NCBI RefSeq assembly: GCF_964204865.1
Contig: NC_135256.1
Location: forward strand, 9,734,001-9,798,000
DNA from: Styela clava
Lineage: Eukaryota
Direction of reading: 5' to 3'
Length of the DNA: 64,000 bases
The translations under genes and the position numbers were made by a program. The notes under the pieces were generated by a model that had not been told where the DNA came from, searched no databases, and saw only the letters and a program-made list of their open reading frames with translations. Shown piece by piece: positions 63,055 through 64,000 of the stretch. Every line of letters begins with the position of its first letter. The first letter of the stretch is position 1.

Positions 63055-64000
63055 ATGTGTTTTTGTCGAAGACATGCTTTTGTACAGATGAGCTAACTAT
63101 CAGATCAATAATTTTCTCCCAAAGACCTTGTGAACGAACACCCTGTAAAAATATTAGCGATCAAACATGGTCCACGGATAGAACAATTCTCCTTCGTGAT
63201 CTATCTCTGTCTCATGTTTGGTGAATGTAAGAATATCTCTATTTGAATTTTACGAAAATGTATAAAAAGAAAAAAAATCGAGCCCCAGCTCTTTATGCTA
63301 TAGCTTTTATTCGTAGTACACGACCATTGATCGTGTTGGTGATAGCTTCTTTTTCCTAAAAATTAATGTGAAATCATCTTCGATTGAGCGTGGGCCCAAC
63401 ATGAATTTATAGTTTATTTAAGATCAAATACATTATTATTTTGCCTTTTCGTCGGGTCATGCATAATCAAGTCTGATCGAACATTACTTTTTAAAATCGT
63501 TATAAAGTAATATTAAAATAATAATATTTTGTGTGTGTGTTTATGTCTATAAAAACATTTTGTTTGCCAAATATTGTGGAATATGTTGAAACCTCTGATA
63601 TCCTCAGTTTCCATTGTCGCCATAATTTTGTGGTCTGTGACGAAATTTTCTGGTTATCAGGCATGGGCCAATGATGTTTCACTCTTGTTATGTGCCGCAT
63701 CTATGATTCACATTCGACCGTATATGATTGAGCAACCATTTCTGACTTGATTTTAACTAGCGATCTCTGATACGATTTGTATAAACTGGAATATTTTCGC
63801 GTGAAAACAAGCCCGCAACCAACTCATCAATTCTCTGGCCTTGATTTCGTGAAAACATTTGTGTGCCTTATTCTTTTGCTGCTTGATTTCCAGAGTGAGT
63901 GAAAATCCCACTCTCCTTTGATTATCAGGTGTTGAAAATGGTCGACCAAACTTGTATACATAACAAAAACGATAGTACTACTGTGCAATATAGGAATATC

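Noticed and set aside
607-63700. Most short ORFs in the six-frame track (antisense or off-frame to exons, intronic, or inside repeats)
   Set aside because: Low-complexity F/I/L/K-rich translations expected by chance in AT-rich DNA, or shadows of real exons.

Overview
AT-rich, intron-rich eukaryotic (metazoan) genomic DNA. Gene content and compact GT-AG introns suggest an invertebrate deuterostome, possibly an ascidian (inference only). I assembled seven protein-coding genes by hand: the 3' end of MORN5; a head-to-head pair of paralogous 7-exon secreted proteins with trefoil-like Cys modules and four TSP1 repeats; an intronless LRWD1/ORCA-like WD40 ORF lacking the LRRs; an intronless JmjC (cupin-8 type) hydroxylase; HSP90B1/GRP94; and vigilin/HDLBP. 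The window also holds many non-autonomous DNA transposons (a long-TIR Mutator-like element, several hAT elements with 8-bp TSDs, an Academ-like element) and a tRNA-derived SINE family. The top finding is a tandemly duplicated middle-domain exon in GRP94 (39746-39883 and 39937-40071). The two copies are about 50% identical in amino acids, diverged at silent sites, both phase 0-0 and separated by only 53 nt. This is the signature of mutually exclusive splicing that would swap the putative client-binding loop of the ER Hsp90. A perfect ERSE lies upstream of the gene.
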